From Chlamydiia bacterium (GTDB lineage: Bacteria > Chlamydiota > Chlamydiia > Chlamydiales > JBMOFD01): a stretch of DNA of 15,457 nt. The stretch lies in NCBI GenBank assembly GCA_049314435.1, contig JBMOFD010000043.1, positions 1 to 15,457 on the forward strand, read 5' to 3'. The translations under genes and the position numbers were made by a program. The notes beneath the pieces are model-generated. The model was not told the origin of the DNA. It did not search any database and was given only the letters and a program-made list of their open reading frames with translations. Shown piece by piece: positions 8,559 to 15,457 of this stretch (position 1 is its first letter; every line of letters starts with the position of its first letter).

Positions 8559-9484
8559 GAGTTTGGCTCTGCATGGCTGCCAGTACGACGCATGAGATGG
8601 ATGAAGACATCCTCTAGACTGGTCGGGACCAGTTCTACTCGGTGACTCGTGCCCACCACGGACCTGATCGAACGATCTAAAAGTTCCTTGTCCTCTCCAC
8701 CTACATGCAACACGGTCCCAAAGATGATGGTCTGGCTCACCCCAGGTAAGTGCTCAAGGGAGCGGTTCAATCGCTCGAGTTGTTCGCCATAGATCGCAAA
8801 CGTGAAAAGATGCTGCTGCGCTACGATCTCGCTGGGGGTGCCTTGTGCGATCACTTGCCCATCAAAGATGTACGCTACGCGATGGCATCGCGCCGCCTCA
8901 TCCATATAGTGAGTGGTGACAAGGATCGCGATACCACGTCCGGCGAGTTCATAGAGCTCTTCCCATAAGTCACAACGGGCTTGGGGGTCCATGCCTGCTG
9001 TCGGTTCATCCAAAAGAAGGAGCTTGGGGTTGTGCAGCAGACAAGAGGCAAGCGCCATCCTCTGTTTCCATCCCCCTGATAGGGCCCGTACGAGTTGGTT
9101 GGCACGATCGTGTAGCCCGAGCGTCTCGATGGCGTTGTCGATGCGAGCCTTGCGATCGGGGATGCCATAGACCCGCCCGATGAACTCCATGTTCTCTCGG
9201 ATGGTCAAGTCCTCCCACATCGAGAAGCGCTGGGGCATATACCCGATCTGCAGCTTGATCGCCGCCTGTTGGGTGATGATGTCATGTCCGAGGCAGGTCC
9301 CAGAACCACTGTCTGGATGGAGGAGCCCACACATCATCCGGATGGTCGTGGTCTTGCCACTGCCGTTTGGGCCAAGAAATCCAAAGATCTCCCCCTCTCG
9401 GACATACATGGACACGTCACGGACGACCGTCTTTTCGCCGAATTTCTTGTAGAGACCATGGACATCGATGGCGATCTCACTCAT
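8555..9484 (-). CDS. ABC transporter ATP-binding protein (single NBD, YbhF/CcmA-like)
   Basis: Walker A GPNGSGKT, GYMPQRFS, LSGGWKQR, LLLLDEPTAG, TTHYMDEA, C-terminal SLEDVFI; 8-nt overlap with the adaptor gene. Confidence 0.93.
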   Translation of the reverse strand: MSEIAIDVHGLYKKFGEKTVVRDVSMYVREGEIFGFLGPNGSGKTTTIRMMCGLLHPDSGSGTCLGHDIITQQAAIKLQIGYMPQRFSMWEDLTIRENMEFIGRVYGIPDRKARIDNAIETLGLHDRANQLVRALSGGWKQRMALASCLLHNPKLLLLDEPTAGMDPQARCDLWEELYELAGRGIAILVTTHYMDEAARCHRVAYIFDGQVIAQGTPSEIVAQQHLFTFAIYGEQLERLNRSLEHLPGVSQTIIFGTVLHVGGEDKELLDRSIRSVVGTSHRVELVPTSLEDVFIHLMRRTGSHAEPNS

Positions 9485-10463
9485 GGATCACCACCTCCAC
9501 CGGCTGACCTGGGTGGAGACGAGCGGCATCCTTAAGAGCCGGATGCGCTTCGATCATATAGATCAGCTTGGCACGAGTCTCGTTGCTATAGATGACGGGG
9601 GGAGTGAACTCAGCCTGAGGTGAGATGTAGTTGACTCGAGCCTCAATGCTCTCTGGACAGCCGTCGCAGATAATGGAGACGAGGTCTCCGATCTGCACCT
9701 GGCTTAGAGCCTTCTCGGGTATGAAGAAGCGCACCTTGATGTTCTGAGGCGGCAGCATCGAAACAACAGGGTGCCCCGCCTCCACCCATTCGCCTACGCG
9801 ATAGAGCGTATCGAAGATAAACCCAGCATAAGGACTGCAAGCGACCTTCTGGTCTAGCTTCCACTGAGCTTGCACCAAGCTGGCTTCGGCTGCCTTGACC
9901 TGAGCCTCTTGAGCCAGGATCTGATCGTCTCGGCCCGGCAACTCCCCAGAAAGGAGGGTGTTGCGCATCTCAAAGAGTTTCCCCTGATCGCGTTCGAAGT
10001 TCGATCGGCTGTTGTCCAGCTGCTGCTGAGAGACCGCCCCGATCTTGAACTGTTCGTCATCCCGAGCTAGCTGAATTTCAGAGAGCTTGACCGATGCCAG
10101 AGCCTGCTGAACCTGGCCCCGATACACATTCAGTTCGATCTCCCGCTTGCCGAGCTGGAGATCCTGTAAGGTAAACTTGGCGGCTTGGAGCTGGTCCGAG
10201 GCTTGGGCCACCCCAGCTGATTCAGTGACGTGATCTAAGACGAAGAGCTTTACATCCGCCTGGACGCTGTCTCCCCGTTGCACAAGGAGCTCGTCGAGCG
10301 TCCCACCCAAGGCCGAGGAGATGTAGACGAACTCTCCCTCGATGTAGCCCTGAAATCGATTGTTCGGCGCATCACTGCAAGAGGCAAGTAGAAGCAGGCT
10401 TCCAAGCAGAGCCGTCGCCATGCCCCGAGTTCGATGCTGATTTCGCCCCACGACATGACCCAT
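9477..10463 (-). CDS. HlyD-family periplasmic adaptor (YbhG-like), probable lipoprotein
   Basis: Lipobox LLASC, FQGYIEGEFVYISS, lipoyl half-motifs (VQRGDSV; YRVGEWV), long coiled coil, ISPQAEFTPPVIYS, LHPGQPVEV. Start is 10463 or 10421. Confidence 0.92.
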   Translation of the reverse strand: MGHVVGRNQHRTRGMATALLGSLLLLASCSDAPNNRFQGYIEGEFVYISSALGGTLDELLVQRGDSVQADVKLFVLDHVTESAGVAQASDQLQAAKFTLQDLQLGKREIELNVYRGQVQQALASVKLSEIQLARDDEQFKIGAVSQQQLDNSRSNFERDQGKLFEMRNTLLSGELPGRDDQILAQEAQVKAAEASLVQAQWKLDQKVACSPYAGFIFDTLYRVGEWVEAGHPVVSMLPPQNIKVRFFIPEKALSQVQIGDLVSIICDGCPESIEARVNYISPQAEFTPPVIYSNETRAKLIYMIEAHPALKDAARLHPGQPVEVVIHE

Positions 10464-10485
10464 GCTACCACTCGCCCCCTCCCAC

Positions 10486-10513
10486 AAGATGAACAAATTT
10501 TTTTAAAATGCAA
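10486..10513 (-). promoter_or_regulatory. Possible sigma70-type promoter for the efflux operon
   Basis: Minus strand reads TTGCAT - 16 nt AT-rich spacer (TTTAAAAAAATTTGTT) - CATCTT, 22 nt before ATG 10463. This is a conspicuously AT-rich patch, but the -10 match is weak. Confidence 0.35.
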
Positions 10514-10541
10514 CTTTAGAGGGGAGGTCGGGAACGAGCGG

Positions 10542-10683
10542 CTAGTATTTTTGCTTGGAAGGGATCACGCCGCGGACGCCACCACGCGGATCCTCCATAT
10601 CGCCGTGGTAACGCGGGATCAGGTGGACGTGTAGGTGCCATGAACGTCTGGCCAGTGGTAGGGCCTCAGTTGGCTCCGATGTC
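10542..10683 (-). pseudogene. HIT (histidine triad) family hydrolase, 3' remnant with a nonsense codon and a frameshift
   Basis: Hand translation: DIGAN*GPTTGQTFM, +1 shift near 10638, then HLHVHLIPRYHGDMEDPRGGVRGVIPSKQKY* (TAG 10544-10542). This matches the HIT pattern NIGxNxGxxAGQTVxHxHxHLIPR and the DPRGGVRGVIP tail. In-frame TGA at 10668-10666; no HIT-like sequence upstream of ~10683. Confidence 0.88.
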
Positions 10684-10822
10684 GATCAAGCAAGGAATTG
10701 ACGCGTGGTGTGGGAATCGATGTCGATCTGTTGATGGGATGAGAGAGAAGCGCAATTCCCAGCTTCGCTAAAATGCGGATAGGCTGAGCTAGCAGCCCAG
10801 CAACCTGTGGTGAGGTGAGACC

Positions 10823-11764
10823 GTGCAGAAAGAACGAGAAGGCTCCATACAGGTGCGGCTGATGAGTGGGGGAGGCGATGCATCCGACCTCATGACAGTG
10901 CGCAAAGTAATGCGATCAGACCAAGAGTGGGCAATCAGGCTGACTCCTGACCAACTGAGGGTGGGTCGTAATGCCTCGACCGAACCGGCCTTTTGCGGGA
11001 TCTTCCACGATCACCACCACATAGGGACCTACTTCTGCGCTGGCTGCGGGCTGCCGCTCTTTCGTTCGGGCGACAAGTTTGACTCCGGAACGGGCTGGCC
11101 CAGCTTTCTCCGACCCTTTGCTATGGAGAATCTGGGAGAAAGGCAGGACGACTCACACGGCATGCAGCGCACCGAAATCCATTGCGTGCGCTGCGACATG
11201 CACCTCGGTCACCGCTTCTCCGATGGACCACCTCCAACTGGTCAGCGCTACTGCATTAACTCAGTGGTACTGGGATTCGATGAGGAGGGGAGTGCTTCTT
11301 GGGAACAGACCATGTTTCTGGGAGCTGGCTGTTTCTGGGGTGTGGAAGAGGCTTTCTCTAAGATCCCCGGAGTCTTGAAGACAGAGGTGGGGTATGCGGG
11401 CGGCCATACCAAAAATCCCACCTACCAGGATGTCTGCGCGCACACCACCGGCCATGCGGAAGTAGTCAAAGTGACCTATGATCCGAATAAGGTCTCGACT
11501 CAAGAGATCCTGCAGCACTTCTTCGACATCCACGACCCTACTACCTTGAATCGACAGGGACCCGATGTGGGAGATCAGTATCGATCGGTCATCTTCTTCA
11601 CTCAACCCGGGCAGGAGGGGACCGTCCGGCAGGTTATGCTCCAACAGCAGGCATCCCGTCCTATCACCACCCAGATCGATCTGGCGCCGCCTTTCTATCG
11701 AGCAGAAGAAATGCACCAGCGCTATCACGAAAAGCATGGCGGCTCTTGCCGCTTCCACCAATAG
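10823..11764 (+). CDS. msrB/msrA: Bifunctional peptide methionine sulfoxide reductase, MsrB (N-terminal) fused to MsrA (C-terminal)
   Basis: MsrB: TEPAFCG, Zn pairs CAGC and CVRC, KFDSGTGWPSF, HLGHRFSDGP, RYCINS. MsrA: GCFWG, VGYAGG, TGHAE, HDPTTLNRQGPDVGDQYRS, AEEMHQRY, terminal Cys. GTG start preceded by GAGGTG. Confidence 0.95.
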   Translation: MQKEREGSIQVRLMSGGGDASDLMTVRKVMRSDQEWAIRLTPDQLRVGRNASTEPAFCGIFHDHHHIGTYFCAGCGLPLFRSGDKFDSGTGWPSFLRPFAMENLGERQDDSHGMQRTEIHCVRCDMHLGHRFSDGPPPTGQRYCINSVVLGFDEEGSASWEQTMFLGAGCFWGVEEAFSKIPGVLKTEVGYAGGHTKNPTYQDVCAHTTGHAEVVKVTYDPNKVSTQEILQHFFDIHDPTTLNRQGPDVGDQYRSVIFFTQPGQEGTVRQVMLQQQASRPITTQIDLAPPFYRAEEMHQRYHEKHGGSCRFHQ

Positions 11765-11803
11765 CACATCGCCGTTAGGATGGCCTTCCGTGAGGAGGAC
11801 CAT

Positions 11804-13144
11804 ATGACCTATCCATTCATCGACAAGATGTTTGGTTCCTTCTATGAACAGACGTCACCACCAGGCATGACCTATGGGGTGGTTGAGCGGGGAGAGCTGG
11901 TCTCGACAGGTGCATTTGGTGTTTCCTCCATACAGTCCGGTAAGGCGGTCGATGTAGGGACGGTTTTTCGCATTGCATCGATGACGAAGAGCTTTGCGGC
12001 GGCGGCTATCCTCATGCTCCGCGACCGAGGTCGTTTACGACTGGAACAGTCAGTCCGGACGTTCCTGCCGGACTTGCCCGATGACTCTCTTTGGAACGCC
12101 ACGACCCTTTTCCATCTACTCACCATGCAAGCCGGGTTCCCGACCGATGACCCGTGGGCTGATCGACAGCTCTGGTCGGATGACGAAGGCTTTTCTGAGA
12201 TCTTTCGCTCCGAGCTGCTTCGTGTGGCGCCACCAGGAGCCGAGTACCACTATTCAAACCTCGGCTACATGCTGCTAGGCAGAGTGATCTCTCGAGCTTC
12301 CGGTCGACAGGCTCTGGCCTTTATCTCCGAAGAGATCCTTGCTCCGCTAGGTATGACCAACACCATGTGGGACTTTTCCGGTGTCCAGAACGACGTCGCT
12401 GTTGGCTATGCGCGACGTGGTGATGTGTTAGTCCCTGAGAGGGAAGCGAGAGTCACCGGGGATGGAGCTGTATTTGGTGGATTGGCAAGTACTCTAAATG
12501 ACTTGGCTCGATGGATCGGTTTTCTTACAGGAACTCGTCAGAAGGCGGGTCCTGGGGAAGTCGTTTTGAGCTGGGAGTCGCGTCAGGAACTTCAGAAGGC
12601 CGTTGTGCTGGTGCCGCCGATGGCTAAAACGGAGGAGTATACTGGATATGCATGCGGGCTCTGCAGGTATTCAGGCTACAAACAATGGGCTGTCGGACAC
12701 AGCGGTGGGCTTCCAGGATTTGGGAGCCATATGCGCTGGTTCGGGGACGGCTCTGGCATCATTGGGTTGAGCAATATGACCTATTGTCCGGTGTGGGAGC
12801 CATGTCGCACCGCTCTCGGGATCCTCGCTAGGGATGTCACTGCTGGGGTGCCCCTCATGCTCGCGATCGTCCAGGGTCGAGCGCAGGACCTCATCTCGCT
12901 CATCCGGACCTGGGACGATGATGTGGCGGACAGACTCTTTGCTTCGAACTTCTTCCAAGACTGCGACCGAGACGATGTACAAGCGAATTTGGCTCGAGTG
13001 GCTTTTCTCATGCATGATCCAGAAGTTCGGGCAGGGCGGGGTCTCTCTGGAACACTCATGAGCGGGCAGAGAGCGCTGCTCTCCTTTACGTTGGCACCAG
13101 CCGAAGAAGGTCGGATCCAAGCGGTTAGCTTTGTTAGCGGCTAG
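11804..13144 (+). CDS. Serine hydrolase, beta-lactamase/AmpC-like superfamily
   Basis: FRIASMTKSF (SxxK), LLTMQAG, YHYSNLGY (YxN), PLGM, GHSGGLPGF (HxG). Start at ATG 11804 with a strong GAGGAGG RBS; no signal peptide evident. Substrate cannot be read from sequence. Confidence 0.9.
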   Translation: MTYPFIDKMFGSFYEQTSPPGMTYGVVERGELVSTGAFGVSSIQSGKAVDVGTVFRIASMTKSFAAAAILMLRDRGRLRLEQSVRTFLPDLPDDSLWNATTLFHLLTMQAGFPTDDPWADRQLWSDDEGFSEIFRSELLRVAPPGAEYHYSNLGYMLLGRVISRASGRQALAFISEEILAPLGMTNTMWDFSGVQNDVAVGYARRGDVLVPEREARVTGDGAVFGGLASTLNDLARWIGFLTGTRQKAGPGEVVLSWESRQELQKAVVLVPPMAKTEEYTGYACGLCRYSGYKQWAVGHSGGLPGFGSHMRWFGDGSGIIGLSNMTYCPVWEPCRTALGILARDVTAGVPLMLAIVQGRAQDLISLIRTWDDDVADRLFASNFFQDCDRDDVQANLARVAFLMHDPEVRAGRGLSGTLMSGQRALLSFTLAPAEEGRIQAVSFVSG

Positions 13145-13271
13145 ATCCGATCGATTGAGAAGGTCTTGACCGTACAGCTTCCAAAGTTGAGACTAGAGCC
13201 GGTTTGAGCAGGCTGCGAGGTTGTCCTCGGACAACCCACTGCCACCTAGAAGTCGTGTTGAGGTCCTCATC

Positions 13272-14165
13272 GTGATCGATTCCCCTAATGCAACCTATGA
13301 AGTGCCGCTCACTGCGTGGCATGCAGAGCTTTCAGAAGAGGAGTGCCGACGCGCTCAGCTCTGTTTAGAGTCTGGAGGTGTGCTTCTCTTCCCGGGATTG
13401 GCTTTTACTCTTACTGATCAAGAGCGTCCGTTGCTTGACCATCCCGATCCTACGGAGGGGAGGGTGAAGAATGTCAGCTACGATCCAGCGAATGACTCAT
13501 TACGAGGAACGATTCTGGAAGGGACGGAACGGGAGACGGCTCGCGCCATGCTAGCTCGCTATAGCGAATGTGCTAGAGAGCTCATTCTAAAGATCTGCCC
13601 AGCCTATGCCGCTCACCTTGTTACGAAGAGAGCAAGCTGGCGTCCAGTGGAGATCGAGGGCCGGGTGCCCCTTTCCTGGCGTAAAGACGATCGGTTGATT
13701 CACGTGGACGCCTTCCCTTCGACCCCGACTGGGGGTCATCGTCTGCTTCGTGTCTTCACCAATATCCACCCGACCGGTCGCGCCCGCGTCTGGGTGATTG
13801 GAGAGGAGTTCCAGGCCGTCATGGAGCGTTTCCACTCTAAGGTGCCGGCCTACTCCGCGGCCGTTGCTTATCTCCTGTCCATGTTCCACCTAACTAGGGG
13901 ATTGCGCACCTCCTATGACCACACCATGCTTGCCATCCATGACCTGATGAAGGGAGATCCTCAATACCAGCAGTCGGTGCGCAAGACGCGTCTTGAGCTC
14001 CATCCTGGTACGACGTGGGTGACCTTCACCGACCAATGCTCCCACTCCGCTCTTGCAGGACAGCATGCTCTGGAACAAACCTTTGACCTCGATCCAGAAG
14101 GCCTCCTCTACCCGGAGTTGAGCCCGCTCAGAGTGCTCGAAAAGTATACAGAGACCAATTCGTAG
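13272..14165 (+). CDS. kdoO: Kdo hydroxylase family protein (KdoO-like Fe(II)/2-oxoglutarate dioxygenase)
   Basis: LESGGVLLFP, KNVSYDP, SWRKDDRLIHVDAFPSTPTGGHRLLRVFTNIHP, SYDHTML..HDLMKGD..YQ and FTDQCSHSALAGQHALEQTF are the KdoO family motifs, with an HxD...H metal triad. Start is GTG 13272 (GAGGT upstream) or TTG 13221. Confidence 0.88.
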   Translation: MIDSPNATYEVPLTAWHAELSEEECRRAQLCLESGGVLLFPGLAFTLTDQERPLLDHPDPTEGRVKNVSYDPANDSLRGTILEGTERETARAMLARYSECARELILKICPAYAAHLVTKRASWRPVEIEGRVPLSWRKDDRLIHVDAFPSTPTGGHRLLRVFTNIHPTGRARVWVIGEEFQAVMERFHSKVPAYSAAVAYLLSMFHLTRGLRTSYDHTMLAIHDLMKGDPQYQQSVRKTRLELHPGTTWVTFTDQCSHSALAGQHALEQTFDLDPEGLLYPELSPLRVLEKYTETNS

Positions 14166-14174
14166 GGATGTAAA

Positions 14175-14597
14175 ATGGCTTCAGAAAGTGTAACGCAGCT
14201 CATCGACGAAATCCTGAAGATCAAAGGCAAGAAGATCCTCACGCTATCTACGCTAGACGATAGTTTTGTGGTCGACGTAGACGCATCAGGTCGCTTTGGC
14301 TACCAATTCGGCGTCAAAGAGCTGTTTCTTGCCAAGCTGCATCGGGCTATGCGCGGTGGCGGCGGACTCGTCATCCGTCAGTTTCTGGAGCTTCGCGTGA
14401 AAAGAACGACGCCCAGCTTGAAGGAGATGTGGCTTCCGGAGAAGAACATCTACATAGTGGGCTTGGGTGGCAACAGGTGGGTTGGGTGTTCACGGGCCGA
14501 GGTAGAAAGTTGTTGCGAAACAGATGCGAAGACGGGGCAGCCTCTGCCCAAGGAAGAAGGAGTGCACTACCAGCACTTTGGAATAGCCGAGACATAG
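14175..14597 (+). CDS. Hypothetical protein (140 aa)
   Basis: ATG 9 nt after the kdoO-like stop with AGGGA upstream; protein-like composition; fills the gap to the azoreductase. No family recognised. Confidence 0.75.
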   Translation: MASESVTQLIDEILKIKGKKILTLSTLDDSFVVDVDASGRFGYQFGVKELFLAKLHRAMRGGGGLVIRQFLELRVKRTTPSLKEMWLPEKNIYIVGLGGNRWVGCSRAEVESCCETDAKTGQPLPKEEGVHYQHFGIAET

Positions 14598-14680
14598 AAC
14601 TCAGGTTCGCTGGCATTGCAGGGAAAGCGCTATTGCGTTACGAGCTGGGTCCAATATCTAAGTGCTATGTAGGACGTGCC

Positions 14681-15310
14681 GTGACCAAGTTGCTCTATAT
14701 TGAAGCCTCCCCAAGAAAGGAGAGATCTTCCTCCATACAGGTGGCCAAGGTCTTTCTGGACGAATGGAAGAGACTCCATGCAGGAGATGAAGTGGTGACG
14801 CTGGATCTTTGGAAGACAGACATGCCGCCATTCGATGGTGAGATCATCGAAGCCAAGTACGCCATTCTGCATGGTAAGAAGCCGACTCCTGAGCAGGCCA
14901 AAGCATGGAGGGTTATCGAGGAGTTCATCAGAGAATTCAAGAGCGCGGACAAGTATGTCTTTTCTGTCCCGATGTGGAACTACTCGATTCCGTACAAGCT
15001 CACCCACTACTTGAACATCATCGTGCAGCCGACCTACACGTTCAATGCGAAGGCCGACGGCTCCTATGAGGGGCTCGTCGTCGGTAAGAAGGCACTACTG
15101 GTGTACGCCCGTGGAGGTGATTACAGTCCTGGATCGGGGGCAGATGCGCTGGATATGCAGAGCAAGTATATGGACCTGGTTCTTGGATTCATTGGGTTCA
15201 AGGACATCCAGTCGATCATGGTAGAGCCGACCATCGCTCCCAAGGAAATCAAGGAGAAGGCTCTGCAAAAGGCCATGGATCAGGCCAAACGAGCTGCAGT
15301 GGACTTTTAG
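14681..15310 (+). CDS. azoR: FMN-dependent NADH-azoreductase / quinone reductase (flavodoxin-2 fold)
   Basis: KLLYIEASPRKERSSS, ADKYVFSVPMWNYSIP, TF..GSYEGLV.GKKA, ARGGDY, LGFIGFKD. True start is GTG 14681 with AGGA upstream (209 aa); the track start at 14429 overlaps the previous gene. Confidence 0.92.
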   Translation: MTKLLYIEASPRKERSSSIQVAKVFLDEWKRLHAGDEVVTLDLWKTDMPPFDGEIIEAKYAILHGKKPTPEQAKAWRVIEEFIREFKSADKYVFSVPMWNYSIPYKLTHYLNIIVQPTYTFNAKADGSYEGLVVGKKALLVYARGGDYSPGSGADALDMQSKYMDLVLGFIGFKDIQSIMVEPTIAPKEIKEKALQKAMDQAKRAAVDF

Positions 15311-15343
15311 GCTGCCAGGCTTGAAGCAGCTCGTGCGTGCTCA

Positions 15344-15457
15344 TCAATGGGCCGCGGCTGAGGCATCATTCTTTTTGATGACCAGCCAGGAATTGTCCTC
15401 TACCGCTTTCATCCGAACCAAGGTGAACTCTCCCTTCAGGTGAGTTCCCTTCAGGAT
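15344..15457 (-). CDS. 3' end of a LigD-type DNA 3'-phosphoesterase (PE) domain protein, partial at window edge
   Basis: Hand translation from 15457: ILKGTHLKGEFTLVRMKAVEDNSWLVIKKNDASAAAH* (TGA 15346-15344, second TGA 15343-15341). This fits the PE-domain C-terminal pattern LxGxxLxGxFxLVR...WLxIKxxD. Only 37 codons are visible. Confidence 0.75.
   Translation of the reverse strand: MLKGTHLKGEFTLVRMKAVEDNSWLVIKKNDASAAAH

Noticed and set aside
1297..10463. Bacteriocin/RiPP or type I secretion cluster suggested by the many exporters
   Set aside because: No precursor peptide, modification enzyme, C39 peptidase domain or RTX-repeat cargo in the window.
10434..10634. 66-aa plus-strand ORF in the divergent spacer
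   Set aside because: Largely the antisense shadow of the HIT remnant, and it overlaps the adaptor gene start.
10686..10883. 65-aa minus-strand ORF as a possible HIT N-terminus or small protein
   Set aside because: No HIT motifs, overlaps the msrBA start on the opposite strand, no other support.
11261..11803. 180-aa antisense ORF and the many other 60-150 aa nested ORFs
   Set aside because: They lie opposite or out of frame within well-supported genes, as expected at this GC content, and show no motifs.
14594..14607. ATAGAACTCAGGTT resembles an IS982-type terminal repeat
   Set aside because: Short, matches the 415-430 end poorly, is in the same orientation, overlaps a stop codon and has no transposase remnant beside it; not enough for an IS scar or composite transposon.
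15421..15455. Imperfect tandem repeat AGGTGA..TCCCTTC twice, with a GAACTC/GAGTTC dyad; looked like a CRISPR start or IS end
   Set aside because: Explained by the coding repeat LKG-THLKG of the minus-strand phosphoesterase gene; only two short adjacent copies and no spacers.

Overview
Gene-dense bacterial window of moderately high GC. It opens with the 3' part of an IS982-family transposase and its probable right end, followed by an ORFan. Next is a ~9.2 kb minus-strand run of eight transport genes forming three ABC export modules: (i) HlyD-type adaptor + ABC ATPase + ABC-2 permease + NodT/TolC-type outer-membrane factor, (ii) a fused TMD-NBD ABCB-type exporter, (iii) an ATPase + two ABC-2 (DUF990-type) permeases. 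The divergent spacer holds a decayed HIT-family gene remnant that the ORF track misses. The plus-strand block encodes an MsrB-MsrA fusion, an SxxK serine hydrolase, a Kdo hydroxylase (KdoO-like), a hypothetical protein and an FMN-dependent azoreductase. At the right edge, also missed by the ORF track, is the 3' end of a convergent gene for a LigD-type 3'-phosphoesterase domain that stops right after the domain. I found no RNA genes or CRISPR array, and no clearly new system that the sequence alone demonstrates. The best leads are the kdoO-like gene with its tightly linked unknown partner, the stacked exporters, and the stand-alone phosphoesterase. All family assignments come from motif recognition by eye; no searches were run.
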